A stretch of DNA of 64,000 bases from an uncultured Pseudomonadota bacterium (lineage in GTDB: Bacteria > UBA10199 > JADFYH01): NCBI GenBank assembly GCA_964556135.1, contig CAZKUY010000001.1, positions 114,750 to 178,749 of the forward strand, given 5' to 3'. Both the position numbers and the translations under genes were made by a program. Under the pieces are notes generated by a model. The model saw nothing but the letters and a program-made list of their open reading frames with translations, did no database searches and was not told the DNA's origin. This document shows positions 47,688-56,748 of this stretch, in pieces (position 1 is the first letter of the stretch; every line of letters begins with the position of its first letter).

Positions 47688-48766
47688 AAGAGTGTCCCCG
47701 AAATAATTTCATCTTGTAGGTTAAAGTCTAAAGTTTTTCCATTTTGAGTCAGATGATCGACAAAATTAAAAATATTTTTGGAATACATTTCAGAAGCATG
47801 AACCGGAAGTTCACTGGGTAAATTCACCGGACCAAAAATCCGAATTCCATTTTTCTCGATGATTTTTTTTGCTTGCGTGAGGCTGCAATTTCCACCGCTC
47901 TCGGCTGCTAAATCAATAATCAAAGAGCCAGGTTTCATTCGAAGAGCCACTTCTTCCGAAATGAGGAGTGGCGCCGGTTTTCCAGGGATTTGGGCAGTGG
48001 TGATCACGACATCCGAAAGGGCGATGTGTTCCGCGAGCTTTGCGGCATCTTGAGCCTTTTCTTCAGGACTGAGTTCGCGAGCGTAACCGCCTTGGGCCTC
48101 TGCATCGACGGAACTGCTGACAAAGCGAGCTCCCAAAGACTCCACTTGCTCACGTGCCGAAGCACGAACATCATAGCCTTCGACAATGGCACCTAATCGA
48201 CGCGCGGTCGCAATGGCTTGAAGGCCTGCAACGCCTGCACCCATCACTAAAACTTTTGCGGGTCGAATGGTACCCGCCGCGGTGGTCAACATTGGGAAAA
48301 AACGAGGGCAGAGCAGGGCCGCATGTAAGGCGGCGCGATACCCTGCGATGGTTCCTTGAGAAGAAAGGACATCCATAGACTGCGCGCGTGTCACACGAGG
48401 AATTTTTTCCATCGCGAAAACACGCTTCATTTTTTCTTTTAAAGCCTTAGCCTCTTCAGGAAAACGGTAAGGAAAGATCAAGCTGACCAAGCAAAGATCT
48501 GGATTTAAAAGTGCTATTTCCGAAAGGTTGGGCGCTTGAACTTTGAGGAGGATTTGGACATTTTGGAAAAGCGCTTGGGGGCTATCTTCGAGAGTCGCAC
48601 CGGCACTGAGGTATTGTTCGTCTGAAAAATAGCTTTCTTTGCCCGCTCCTCGCTGAACTGAAACCTCAAAACCTAAGTGGATGAGCCGTGTCACGGCATC
48701 GGGCACGAGGGCAACGCGTCTTTCCCCCTCATGGCTTTCTTTGGCAACTCCGATTCGAATAGGCAT
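47684..48766 (-). CDS. pntAA: NAD(P) transhydrogenase subunit alpha part 1 (alanine dehydrogenase-like dI)
   Basis: RVALVPD and VLVMGAGVAGLQAIATARRLGA motifs. Confidence 0.9.
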   Translation of the reverse strand: MPIRIGVAKESHEGERRVALVPDAVTRLIHLGFEVSVQRGAGKESYFSDEQYLSAGATLEDSPQALFQNVQILLKVQAPNLSEIALLNPDLCLVSLIFPYRFPEEAKALKEKMKRVFAMEKIPRVTRAQSMDVLSSQGTIAGYRAALHAALLCPRFFPMLTTAAGTIRPAKVLVMGAGVAGLQAIATARRLGAIVEGYDVRASAREQVESLGARFVSSSVDAEAQGGYARELSPEEKAQDAAKLAEHIALSDVVITTAQIPGKPAPLLISEEVALRMKPGSLIIDLAAESGGNCSLTQAKKIIEKNGIRIFGPVNLPSELPVHASEMYSKNIFNFVDHLTQNGKTLDFNLQDEIISGTLL

Positions 48767-48894
48767 GCCATTGAATTACCTCAAAAAAAATGAAATCCCA
48801 AATAAAAAGCTATTTCTCTTAAAACCCTTTTCCTTTGCATTTATCGTGAATTCCCATTAAGGGGGACGACCTAATCATTAAAGAAAGAGATGCT

Positions 48895-50703
48895 ATGAAA
48901 CCCAGTGCCCAAAATGAAAATATCCGCAATGTCGCCATTATCGCTCACGTCGATCATGGTAAAACTACCCTCGTTGATTTTATGCTTCGTCAAGCCGGTG
49001 TGTTCCGAGAAAATCAAGCGACCGAAGATCGAGTGATGGATAGTATGGACCTCGAACGCGAACGCGGAATTACGATTGCTTCCAAAAATTGCTCCGTTCA
49101 ATGGAAGGGTAAAAAGATCAACATCATTGATACCCCAGGCCATGCTGATTTCGGTGGTGAAGTGGAACGCGGATTGAAAATGGTCGATGGAGCGATTTTG
49201 CTTGTTGATTCTTCCGAAGGTCCTTTGCCTCAAACCCGTTTCGTTTTGAAAAAAGCTTTAGAAGCCCATCTCAAAATTATTGTTTTAGTGAATAAGATTG
49301 ATCGTAAAGATGCCCGTCCTCAGCAAGTTTTGAATGAAATTTACGATCTGTTTATTGATCTCGATGCAGATGAAAAACAAATTGAATTTCCAGTCCTTTA
49401 TGCCATCGGTCGTGAAGGAATTGCTCAGCTAAAATTAGAAGATAAGGGCACTCATTTAGGACCTTTACTCGACGCGATTGTCGATGAAGTTCCTCCTCCC
49501 AGTCATGACCCTGAAGAGCCCTTTCAAATGCTCGTTACCAACCTCGGTTACTCCGATTATTTAGGAAGACTTGCCATTGGTCGTGTGTTTCAAGGTTCTG
49601 CAAAAAAGAATGAAAGTTTAGTTTGCATTGGTAGAGATAACCTACCGAAAAACCTCAAAGTTTCTTGTCTTCAAGTTTATGAAGGTTTGAAGTTTCAAGA
49701 GGTCGAACAAGTCGATCCTGGCGAAATTGTTATTTTATCCGGAATTGAAAACGTAGAAATTGGGGATACCATTTGTACTTTGGCCCAGCCCAAAGCTTTA
49801 AAGCGCTTAGTGGTGGATGAACCTACCGTCGCGATGAAGTTCATGCCCAATAGTTCTCCTTTCTCAGGTCGAGAAGGAAAACTTGTTCAATCTCAACGTA
49901 TTTGGGATCGTCTTCAAAAGGAAACTTTACACAACGTGGCTTTAAGAGTGGAGTCGAGTTCGACCGGTGATAGTTTCATTGTCAAGGGTCGTGGTGAATT
50001 CCAAATGGCCATTTTGCTCGAGACCATGCGTCGCGAAGGTTACGAAGTTTGTGTCGGTCGCCCTCAAATTATTTTCAAAGAACAAGACGGTCAAAAGCTT
50101 GAGCCAATTGAGCACTTATTTGTTGATATTCCAGATGATTACATGGGTGTTGTTACAGAGAAACTTTCTCTTCGTCAGGGTCGCATGACTAATATGGTCA
50201 ATCATGGATCAGGTCGTATCCGGCTTGAATTTTCAGTGCCAGCCCGAGGCCTCATCGGCTACCGCAATGAATTCCTCACGGACACCAAAGGGGTGGGACT
50301 CATGAATTCTTATCTCTTAGGTTATGAGCCTTTACGGGGTGATATTAAAAGCCGCGTGAGTGGTTCTTTGGTCGCCGATCGACAGGGTGAATCCGTGGGT
50401 TATGGACTTTTCCATTTGGAACCTCGTGGTGTTTTATTCATTGATGCAGGTGTGCCGGTTTATGAAGGCATGATCGTCGGCGAACATAACCGCGACAATG
50501 ATTTGAACGTCAACGTCTGCCGAGAAAAGAAACTCAGCAACATGCGCGCGACTGGTAAAGACGAACACATCGTGCTCACCCCCATTACCCCCATGACCTT
50601 AGAACGAGCCATTGAATTCATTAAAGACGATGAATGGGTGGAAGTGACCCCCAAAAGCATCCGTCTTCGCAAAGTGACTTTGGCCTCGAATATGAGAAAG
50701 TAA
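48895..50703 (+). CDS. typA: translational GTPase TypA/BipA
   Basis: [33 protein letters not shown] and NKIDR motifs. Length 602 aa. Confidence 0.92.
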   Translation: MKPSAQNENIRNVAIIAHVDHGKTTLVDFMLRQAGVFRENQATEDRVMDSMDLERERGITIASKNCSVQWKGKKINIIDTPGHADFGGEVERGLKMVDGAILLVDSSEGPLPQTRFVLKKALEAHLKIIVLVNKIDRKDARPQQVLNEIYDLFIDLDADEKQIEFPVLYAIGREGIAQLKLEDKGTHLGPLLDAIVDEVPPPSHDPEEPFQMLVTNLGYSDYLGRLAIGRVFQGSAKKNESLVCIGRDNLPKNLKVSCLQVYEGLKFQEVEQVDPGEIVILSGIENVEIGDTICTLAQPKALKRLVVDEPTVAMKFMPNSSPFSGREGKLVQSQRIWDRLQKETLHNVALRVESSSTGDSFIVKGRGEFQMAILLETMRREGYEVCVGRPQIIFKEQDGQKLEPIEHLFVDIPDDYMGVVTEKLSLRQGRMTNMVNHGSGRIRLEFSVPARGLIGYRNEFLTDTKGVGLMNSYLLGYEPLRGDIKSRVSGSLVADRQGESVGYGLFHLEPRGVLFIDAGVPVYEGMIVGEHNRDNDLNVNVCREKKLSNMRATGKDEHIVLTPITPMTLERAIEFIKDDEWVEVTPKSIRLRKVTLASNMRK

Positions 50704-50709
50704 GTCTAG

Positions 50710-50735
50710 CAACTTTTGCTCTAAGCTCTCGATAA
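50710..50735 (+). promoter_or_regulatory. CAAC-N16-CGATAA promoter-like motif (copy C)
   Basis: tAGCAAC at 50708-50713 and CGATAA at 50730-50735, 16-nt spacer. Confidence 0.6.
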
Positions 50736-50797
50736 ACCTGCATATTATTACAGAGTTTTATGAGGTGGCTGCATGGGGTCTGCAGTGTTTATCGTTT

Positions 50798-52402
50798 GTG
50801 GCAAGGTTAAATCTATCATCTTCTATTTCAGCTCATAGTGAATCCTGGGTCAGTCGTTCCGGCTTAGAGATTGATGCCGCTGTGCAGGCTGTGACTACTG
50901 AAGCGCTGCGATTCGATTCTCTTTTGGCCATGATGGCTGGAGGGCTAGCTTACCGTTTTACGAAAGCGGCGAGTTTGTCTTGTCTATCTGGAGTTTTTTC
51001 TCCCGCCTTAGCTTTGACCGGAGAAGTTTTTACTTATGAGAGTGTCCATCGAGCCTTTGGACAAAATCAGAATTCCTTTTCAGAGGGCTTTCGCAGCTCT
51101 TTTCTTACTTTCGGGGTATTGAAAAGTTTTTCTCACATTTTTAAATCACAAAATATTTTTCTACGACATCTTAGTCAAGATGTCGGTGTGGTGCTGTCAG
51201 AAGAAGCAGCGTTTTGGTCTGGCTTTGGACTTAGCCCTAGTGGAAGTATTTTCCAAAGACTCTTACATGCGGAAAGCAGCAATCTTTGTTTAGGGATAGG
51301 AATGTATTGCGGACATTTATTCACAGGTGGAATTTTTCAAATTTGTGAAAATGCTTTGGCAAGATCCATACAAATTCACTCGAGCATGCAGCGAAATTCT
51401 CCTGCTTCGTTTCAATTTTTGGAAAGTGTTCGTGCCGAAGGAGGAAGTTTTACTTCCCTTTTAAGTGTAAGAGAGAAAAATTTTATTCAACAAAGTTTAG
51501 CAAAAATTGACGCTCGAGCTTTTCGCTCCGGCATCACGGCTGAACGTTTGGTGCAATATCGACAAGTCCTGCAAGAAATGGGTATCCAGCGTTCGTTTGT
51601 AGAAGGACGTCGGCGTTTGATCGAAATTTTGCGAGAAGATTGGATAGAAAAGTGCGAAGAAATTGGAATCGAAGTAAAAAGATTAAAGTTAAGTGAATAT
51701 GTAGCTTTGCTTCGCGCTTGCCGTCAAAGCGTGCCTAGTTGGGTCGATGCTTTTATAGTAGAAAGCGAAACCAATGCAGCCCTGGAAGTTATTTCACTCA
51801 CTTCTTACGGCTGTGGCAGTTTGGATCATGACGACGCCCTCTTAAGAATAGAGGAAGAGAATTATCTTGGTTTGCATTTTGGAGGATCCACGGATCAAAA
51901 ACTTATCACAGAGCCTCTGGGTTTAAGCCCCGGAGCCTTAAGTAATTCGATGGATGAGTTGCGCCCTCAAAATTCTGAATGGCGCAGATTCTTTCTGCCT
52001 GATGAATTGATTTTGCAATCAGCAGGGAGGGCTCATTCCCATATTGCCCCAGGACTCCATTCTTATGCAGAGTTCTGTAGTCTCGATGAAGTGCGGGAAT
52101 CACGAGCTGTGGATGCATGGGTGTTACATTTAAGTCCTGAAGAAAAAGTTCCATTTCACGATAGCAAATTTCATCCCTACCTTGCGATTGTTCACGATAT
52201 CCATATTCATTGGAACTATCTGAATCGCTTCAATCCTGAAGTGAGGATGGAAAAAGTAAGCGCATTTGATCATATAAAAAGAGAGCGAATTCATGTGAAT
52301 GAGAGACGAAGAACGATGCTCAGGGACTCAGATATTGCAGAAATATTGGAAGGCCTTTGGGATCACCATGAGGCACAAAGAACCCTAGAAAATAGCCGAT
52401 AG
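50798..52402 (+). CDS. family N-module protein, C/D subtype (tandem paralog 1)
   Basis: The ORF is open from GTG 50765. I prefer GTG 50798 (V-A-R-L...) because it is homologous in sequence and position to the only possible start of the paralog at 52562 (GTG GCA AGA CTG). Confidence 0.6.
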   Translation: MARLNLSSSISAHSESWVSRSGLEIDAAVQAVTTEALRFDSLLAMMAGGLAYRFTKAASLSCLSGVFSPALALTGEVFTYESVHRAFGQNQNSFSEGFRSSFLTFGVLKSFSHIFKSQNIFLRHLSQDVGVVLSEEAAFWSGFGLSPSGSIFQRLLHAESSNLCLGIGMYCGHLFTGGIFQICENALARSIQIHSSMQRNSPASFQFLESVRAEGGSFTSLLSVREKNFIQQSLAKIDARAFRSGITAERLVQYRQVLQEMGIQRSFVEGRRRLIEILREDWIEKCEEIGIEVKRLKLSEYVALLRACRQSVPSWVDAFIVESETNAALEVISLTSYGCGSLDHDDALLRIEEENYLGLHFGGSTDQKLITEPLGLSPGALSNSMDELRPQNSEWRRFFLPDELILQSAGRAHSHIAPGLHSYAEFCSLDEVRESRAVDAWVLHLSPEEKVPFHDSKFHPYLAIVHDIHIHWNYLNRFNPEVRMEKVSAFDHIKRERIHVNERRRTMLRDSDIAEILEGLWDHHEAQRTLENSR

Positions 52403-52474
52403 CATAGGATGACTAGGCCTGAGATCGAGTCTCAGAGCGGTTTAACCCCTCAGTGGTATAACAAAAGAGCTTAG

Positions 52475-52500
52475 CAACTACATTCCTAAGTGACCGATAA
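52475..52500 (+). promoter_or_regulatory. CAAC-N16-CGATAA promoter-like motif (copy D)
   Basis: tAGCAAC at 52473-52478 and CGATAA at 52495-52500, 16-nt spacer, 61 nt upstream of GTG 52562. Confidence 0.6.
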
Positions 52501-52561
52501 GTTAATAAACCATTGGTTACTTAAAGGAAATGCTGCATGGGCACTGTAGCAATTTTGTATT

Positions 52562-54229
52562 GTGGCAAGACTGTGTTCTCCAACTACTTTCAATCTTTCA
52601 AATAGCTCACTTTTGTCTTATGCAAAAGTGCAAGCGAATGTAAGTACGTTACAGCTAGAATTAGATGCGACTGTTCAATCTGTAGTGCGCGAAGCTAGTC
52701 GATTTGAGTCGTTGTTTGCGATGATGAGTGGAAGCGCTGCCTATCGTTTGGTGAAAAATTCCTCATTATCCTTTTTTTCTCATCTTTCTCCCTTCCATTC
52801 TTCGGTCGCACTTTTGTCTTCCGTGGCCTCACCACTGGTGGGTTTGCTCGCGGAAGTGCCTGTTTACGAAGGCCTGCATCGAGGCCTTTTAAAACTCATG
52901 GGACACGAAGAAGCGGGAAGTTTTGCGGAAGGCTTAAGGACTTCATTTTTCAATTTTGCTTGTATAAAAACCTTTGCGCAATTGGGAGCGGGACAGCATT
53001 TTTTATTGCGGCGCTTGAGTCAAGATTTAGGCATGGTGCTAGGAAATGATCTCACGACTTGTTTAGGATGGACTCCAAGACAAGAGGGATCTTATGTGAA
53101 GCGCTTGCTGCAAGCCGAGGCCATGAGTTTTTCCATGGAAGCAGGAATGTTCTTAGCTCAAGGATTAATTGGCTCGCATGTGTTGCGGCAAGTGTGCTCC
53201 TTTCAATCAGCAAATTCACTTACGGAAGTCGGCTTGAGAACATTTGCAGCTGACGGCAGTGGCTTCAGTTATCATCCAGAGTTCAACTTGAGAAACCGCG
53301 CCTTCGTAAGCGATAGCTTATCCAAAATTTCCTCTCCTACTTTTCGTTCCGGGATTACTCCTGCAAGGCTGAGTCGCTATCGACAAACTTTAGAACGCAT
53401 GCGAGACTTTAAAATTCCTTTCCTCGAAGGCAGAAGGAATTTGATGGAAGTTTTGCGGGAAGATTGGGTGGAGAAATGCGAAGCCACTGGAGCCGAAGTG
53501 GGCAGGATTCGCCTCGATGATTTTGTGGGAGGTTTGAGGCGAGATGGAAAGAAAGTGCCTCCATGGGTCGATGAGTTTATCCGAGAAAGCGAAGCGAATG
53601 CGGCTTTGGAGGTTATTTCCTTACTGCGTGGCCCCATTGGGCATTTGTCCGCAGATGAAAAAATGCGGAAAATGGATAAAGAGGAATATTTGGGCTTTAA
53701 CTTCGGGAGTCAAACGGATTTCTCCCTCATCGCAGAGTCTTTGGGTTTCAAGAATGATGCCTTATTGAAATGCGAAGTTGATTTAACTCAAATTCCTGCA
53801 GTGAGGGAGAAGCGCTATTACTTGCCGGATGAACTCATTTTGCAATCCGGGAACAGAACTCACCCGCATGCGGCTGCGAATTTGGATACTTATGTGGATT
53901 TTTGCAACGAAACGCAAATCACTAGCTCTCGTTCCGATGATGCCTGGGTGCTGCAGCTCACTCCCGAAGCAAGCGCGCAATTTCATGGGGGCACTTATCA
54001 TTCTTACATATCCCTGCTTCATGACTTGCATGTGCATTGGAATGTCCTTAACAACTTCCACCCCTTGATGCGTTGGGAGCAAATTGACACTTACATCCGA
54101 CTACATCGAGTTCCCGCAAACTTACGTCGAAATCGCCTGAGCGATCAGCGCTTAGGAGAAATTATCGAAGGATCATTTAGATGTTCTATTGCTAAGCAAA
54201 TCTTAAAAGATCATTTTCCGGACTATTAA
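52562..54229 (+). CDS. family N-module protein, C/D subtype (tandem paralog 2)
   Basis: 555-aa ORF, collinear and similar to the 50798 gene over its full length. An in-frame TAG at 52546-52548 excludes any earlier start. Confidence 0.6.
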   Translation: MARLCSPTTFNLSNSSLLSYAKVQANVSTLQLELDATVQSVVREASRFESLFAMMSGSAAYRLVKNSSLSFFSHLSPFHSSVALLSSVASPLVGLLAEVPVYEGLHRGLLKLMGHEEAGSFAEGLRTSFFNFACIKTFAQLGAGQHFLLRRLSQDLGMVLGNDLTTCLGWTPRQEGSYVKRLLQAEAMSFSMEAGMFLAQGLIGSHVLRQVCSFQSANSLTEVGLRTFAADGSGFSYHPEFNLRNRAFVSDSLSKISSPTFRSGITPARLSRYRQTLERMRDFKIPFLEGRRNLMEVLREDWVEKCEATGAEVGRIRLDDFVGGLRRDGKKVPPWVDEFIRESEANAALEVISLLRGPIGHLSADEKMRKMDKEEYLGFNFGSQTDFSLIAESLGFKNDALLKCEVDLTQIPAVREKRYYLPDELILQSGNRTHPHAAANLDTYVDFCNETQITSSRSDDAWVLQLTPEASAQFHGGTYHSYISLLHDLHVHWNVLNNFHPLMRWEQIDTYIRLHRVPANLRRNRLSDQRLGEIIEGSFRCSIAKQILKDHFPDY

Positions 54230-54342
54230 GTTCTCAATGATGATTTGATCATGGCATCTGGAGCAAAAGCCCATTTCAAAAGATTCAATTGTCTTAGATA
54301 TTCTTGCTTGGAGCTGCTTTTGAATAAAGCTAAGATAGACAG

Positions 54343-55161
54343 ATGAAATGGTTTCTCTTCGAAAAATATGCCCTGTATTTCGAGTTAGCTTTAGCTGTCA
54401 TGTTAGTTCTCGATTTATATCTGATCTGGAGGCACTTCAAATCGAAGCGAGAAGACTTAATTGAGCTCTTGTCTCGCATTCTAGGCAGCAATTTTTTCGG
54501 TTTTTATCTCTTCTACCGCATCATTTGGAAAATCAACGATAGTATCCACTACCCGCATCGCCAAATTTGGACAGGCTGGTTGCAGTGGATCATCATCGTG
54601 ATTCCCTTCGCAATTTTCTTTTGGAGCTATCTTTACCGTGCGCCGGCTCGCGGGGTGGCTAACCGAATGCGAGAAATTGTTTTTCCGCTCTTTTGTTCGC
54701 TCATTCCTTTTGTAATTTATGAATCGAGCTCTTGGATTTATGGAGGCTGGATTCAGCAAACGCCTGAATTGCGCTCACTATTTCGTCCTTTTTACCCAGG
54801 GGGATATGGAATTTATGACAAGACAGCTTACATTTTTATTTTGATTGGTGATGTCATTACTCTGTGGGGAATTTTTTATCTGAAACGATCTTTCAGCATC
54901 ATGACTGAAGTGCGCGTTTGGGTGACGACAGGGCCTTATCAATGGATCCGACATCCTCTTTATTGTGGAGAGATTATTTCAACGATCGGTTTTTGTTTTT
55001 TGAAATTTTCCTATTTTAATATTTTTCTGACCTTCCTTTTCATTTTTTGTATTGCACTCCGTGCGCGCTATGAGGAAGAAAAAATCATCCAGTTTTATCC
55101 TGAATATGAAACTTATCGAAAAAAAGTGGGCTTTCTCTTTCCTAAGGGAAAGGCTTCTTAG
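54343..55161 (+). CDS. ICMT/PEMT-family membrane methyltransferase
   Basis: Polytopic. GPYQWIRHPLYCGEII motif near the C-terminus. Confidence 0.65.
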   Translation: MKWFLFEKYALYFELALAVMLVLDLYLIWRHFKSKREDLIELLSRILGSNFFGFYLFYRIIWKINDSIHYPHRQIWTGWLQWIIIVIPFAIFFWSYLYRAPARGVANRMREIVFPLFCSLIPFVIYESSSWIYGGWIQQTPELRSLFRPFYPGGYGIYDKTAYIFILIGDVITLWGIFYLKRSFSIMTEVRVWVTTGPYQWIRHPLYCGEIISTIGFCFLKFSYFNIFLTFLFIFCIALRARYEEEKIIQFYPEYETYRKKVGFLFPKGKAS

Positions 55162-56322
55162 ATGGACTCTGCCTACTACGTGACTCTGCACGATGATCTT
55201 TCTAAAATATTTGCCCAAGAATGGAATGCACTCGTCTCCGCAGACAATCCTTTTTGGGAATATGAATTTCTGAGAAATTTAGAACTGTCAGGAAGTTTGG
55301 GAAAAGAAAGCGGCTGGGAAGCTCATTACTTCACCGCTCGCAAAGCCGGCGAGCTTGTTGCCGCCTTAGTCCTTTACGTAAAAGAAAATTCCTACGGCGA
55401 ATTTATTTTCGATTTTGAATGGGCCCGAATTCATCATCAATACGGTCGACACTATTATCCTAAAGGGATTGTGGCGATTCCCTTTACACCCGTAACCGGC
55501 GAGAGATTTTTAGTGAGAGAAGGAGAGGGAGAGGCTGCCAGGGAGGCCATTCTTCAGGCTCTTTTTTCTTGGTCGGATGAACGAGGCTTAAGCTCCCTCC
55601 ATTTTCTCTTCTTGAAAGAAGAGGAGTGTGCATTCTTAGAGTCGAGAGGATTTTCAAAACGAACTCACTATCAATTTCATTGGAAAAATAATCACTATCA
55701 AAGCTTCGAAGATTATTTGGAAGATCTGCAACACAAAAGAAAAAATCAAATCCTGCGTGAACGACGGCGGGTGGCAGCTTTAGGTTTAAAAATTCATTTG
55801 TTGCAGGGGGACCAAATCCAAAAAGAGCATTTAGAAGCCATGTGGCACTTGAGTGCTCGCGTTTTCATCCAAAAATCGGGAGACTTTCCTTATCTTACTG
55901 AAAGTTTTTTTCAGAATATTTATCAAAATTTCAGGCATCGCACGGTGATGGTCATGGTGCACGACGGTGAAAGCTGGGTGGCAGGCAGTATCAATTTCAC
56001 CAAAGGTAAAAATCTCTATGGTCGTTATTGGGGCGTAGCCGGGGATTATCCCTTTCTGCATTTTGAATGCTGTTTTTATCGACTCATTGAATATGCCATC
56101 GAGAATAAAATTGAGCTTTTTGAAGCCGGGGCGCAAGGTGAACAGAAGTTCTTCCGTGGTTTTGGAACCTGTTCCACCTACAGCATGCACTGGATCCGAG
56201 ATCCTGTGCTGAGACAGGCTATTGATGCCTTTTTAAAGGAAGAATCCAAGCAGGTTCAGCGTCTCATTTCAGATTATAATGCGATCTCCCCCTTGAAACG
56301 CCTGCGTGAAGTAGTTAAGTGA
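55162..56322 (+). CDS. DUF482 / FemAB-like GNAT family protein
   Basis: NPFWEYEFLRNLELSGS...GW.AHY...GEFIFDFEWA...YYPK...PFTPVTG matches the PF04339 pattern as I recall it. Starts immediately after the previous stop. Confidence 0.65.
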   Translation: MDSAYYVTLHDDLSKIFAQEWNALVSADNPFWEYEFLRNLELSGSLGKESGWEAHYFTARKAGELVAALVLYVKENSYGEFIFDFEWARIHHQYGRHYYPKGIVAIPFTPVTGERFLVREGEGEAAREAILQALFSWSDERGLSSLHFLFLKEEECAFLESRGFSKRTHYQFHWKNNHYQSFEDYLEDLQHKRKNQILRERRRVAALGLKIHLLQGDQIQKEHLEAMWHLSARVFIQKSGDFPYLTESFFQNIYQNFRHRTVMVMVHDGESWVAGSINFTKGKNLYGRYWGVAGDYPFLHFECCFYRLIEYAIENKIELFEAGAQGEQKFFRGFGTCSTYSMHWIRDPVLRQAIDAFLKEESKQVQRLISDYNAISPLKRLREVVK

Positions 56323-56415
56323 TATGGTAAGTAATGCTGTGTAAATGGATTAAATTTGCTAGAATAGAGTCAGAGGAGAACTCCTTGCTTGTATCTGAGG
56401 CCGGAGTCGGAAATC

Positions 56416-56748
56416 ATGTCAGAGAAGAATCCTTATTTAGAAGATGACCATGAAGGACAGATATTAACGGAAGAGGAGATCAGAGTAAAAAAACCAAATC
56501 TCTACCGGGTTTTAATCCTGAACGACGATTATACGCCCATGGAATTTGTGGTTTATGTTCTGCAGAAGATATTTTTTAAAAACATCGATGAAGCGACTCG
56601 CTTGATGTTGAAAGTCCATACGGAAGGACAAGGTTTGTGTGGCGTCTTTACTTATGACGTCGCGGAAACCAAAATGCATCAAGTGAAAGCCCTTGCTCAA
56701 AAAAATCAACATCCTTTGGAATGTGTGATGGAGGTCGAGGAATCATGA
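56416..56748 (+). CDS. clpS: ATP-dependent Clp protease adaptor ClpS
   Basis: [25 protein letters not shown] and [19 protein letters not shown] motifs. Confidence 0.9.
   Translation: MSEKNPYLEDDHEGQILTEEEIRVKKPNLYRVLILNDDYTPMEFVVYVLQKIFFKNIDEATRLMLKVHTEGQGLCGVFTYDVAETKMHQVKALAQKNQHPLECVMEVEES

Noticed and set aside
48871-49233. 120-aa minus-strand ORF
   Set aside because: It is antisense to the highly conserved 5' part of typA.
50773-52605. Idea that the MG... uORFs are the true N-termini of the tandem paralogs, joined to the main frame by a +1 programmed frameshift at the uORF TAG
   Set aside because: The main frame upstream of the uORF stop in gene D (TFNLSNSSLLSY) is already homologous to the N-terminus of the fusion protein (TGNSSSLLQ), so the main frame is coding there. 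The sequences before the TAG (UCA UAG, AAA UAG) are also not good +1 slippery sites.
34616-54229. Interpreting the family as type III secretion effectors or N-myristoylated (MG...) host-targeted proteins
   Set aside because: The only support is a polar Ser/Thr-rich N-terminus and ATGGG-type starts. There are no secretion-system genes in the window, one member ends in a ~10-TM transporter domain, and the taxon is unknown. I kept this as speculation only.
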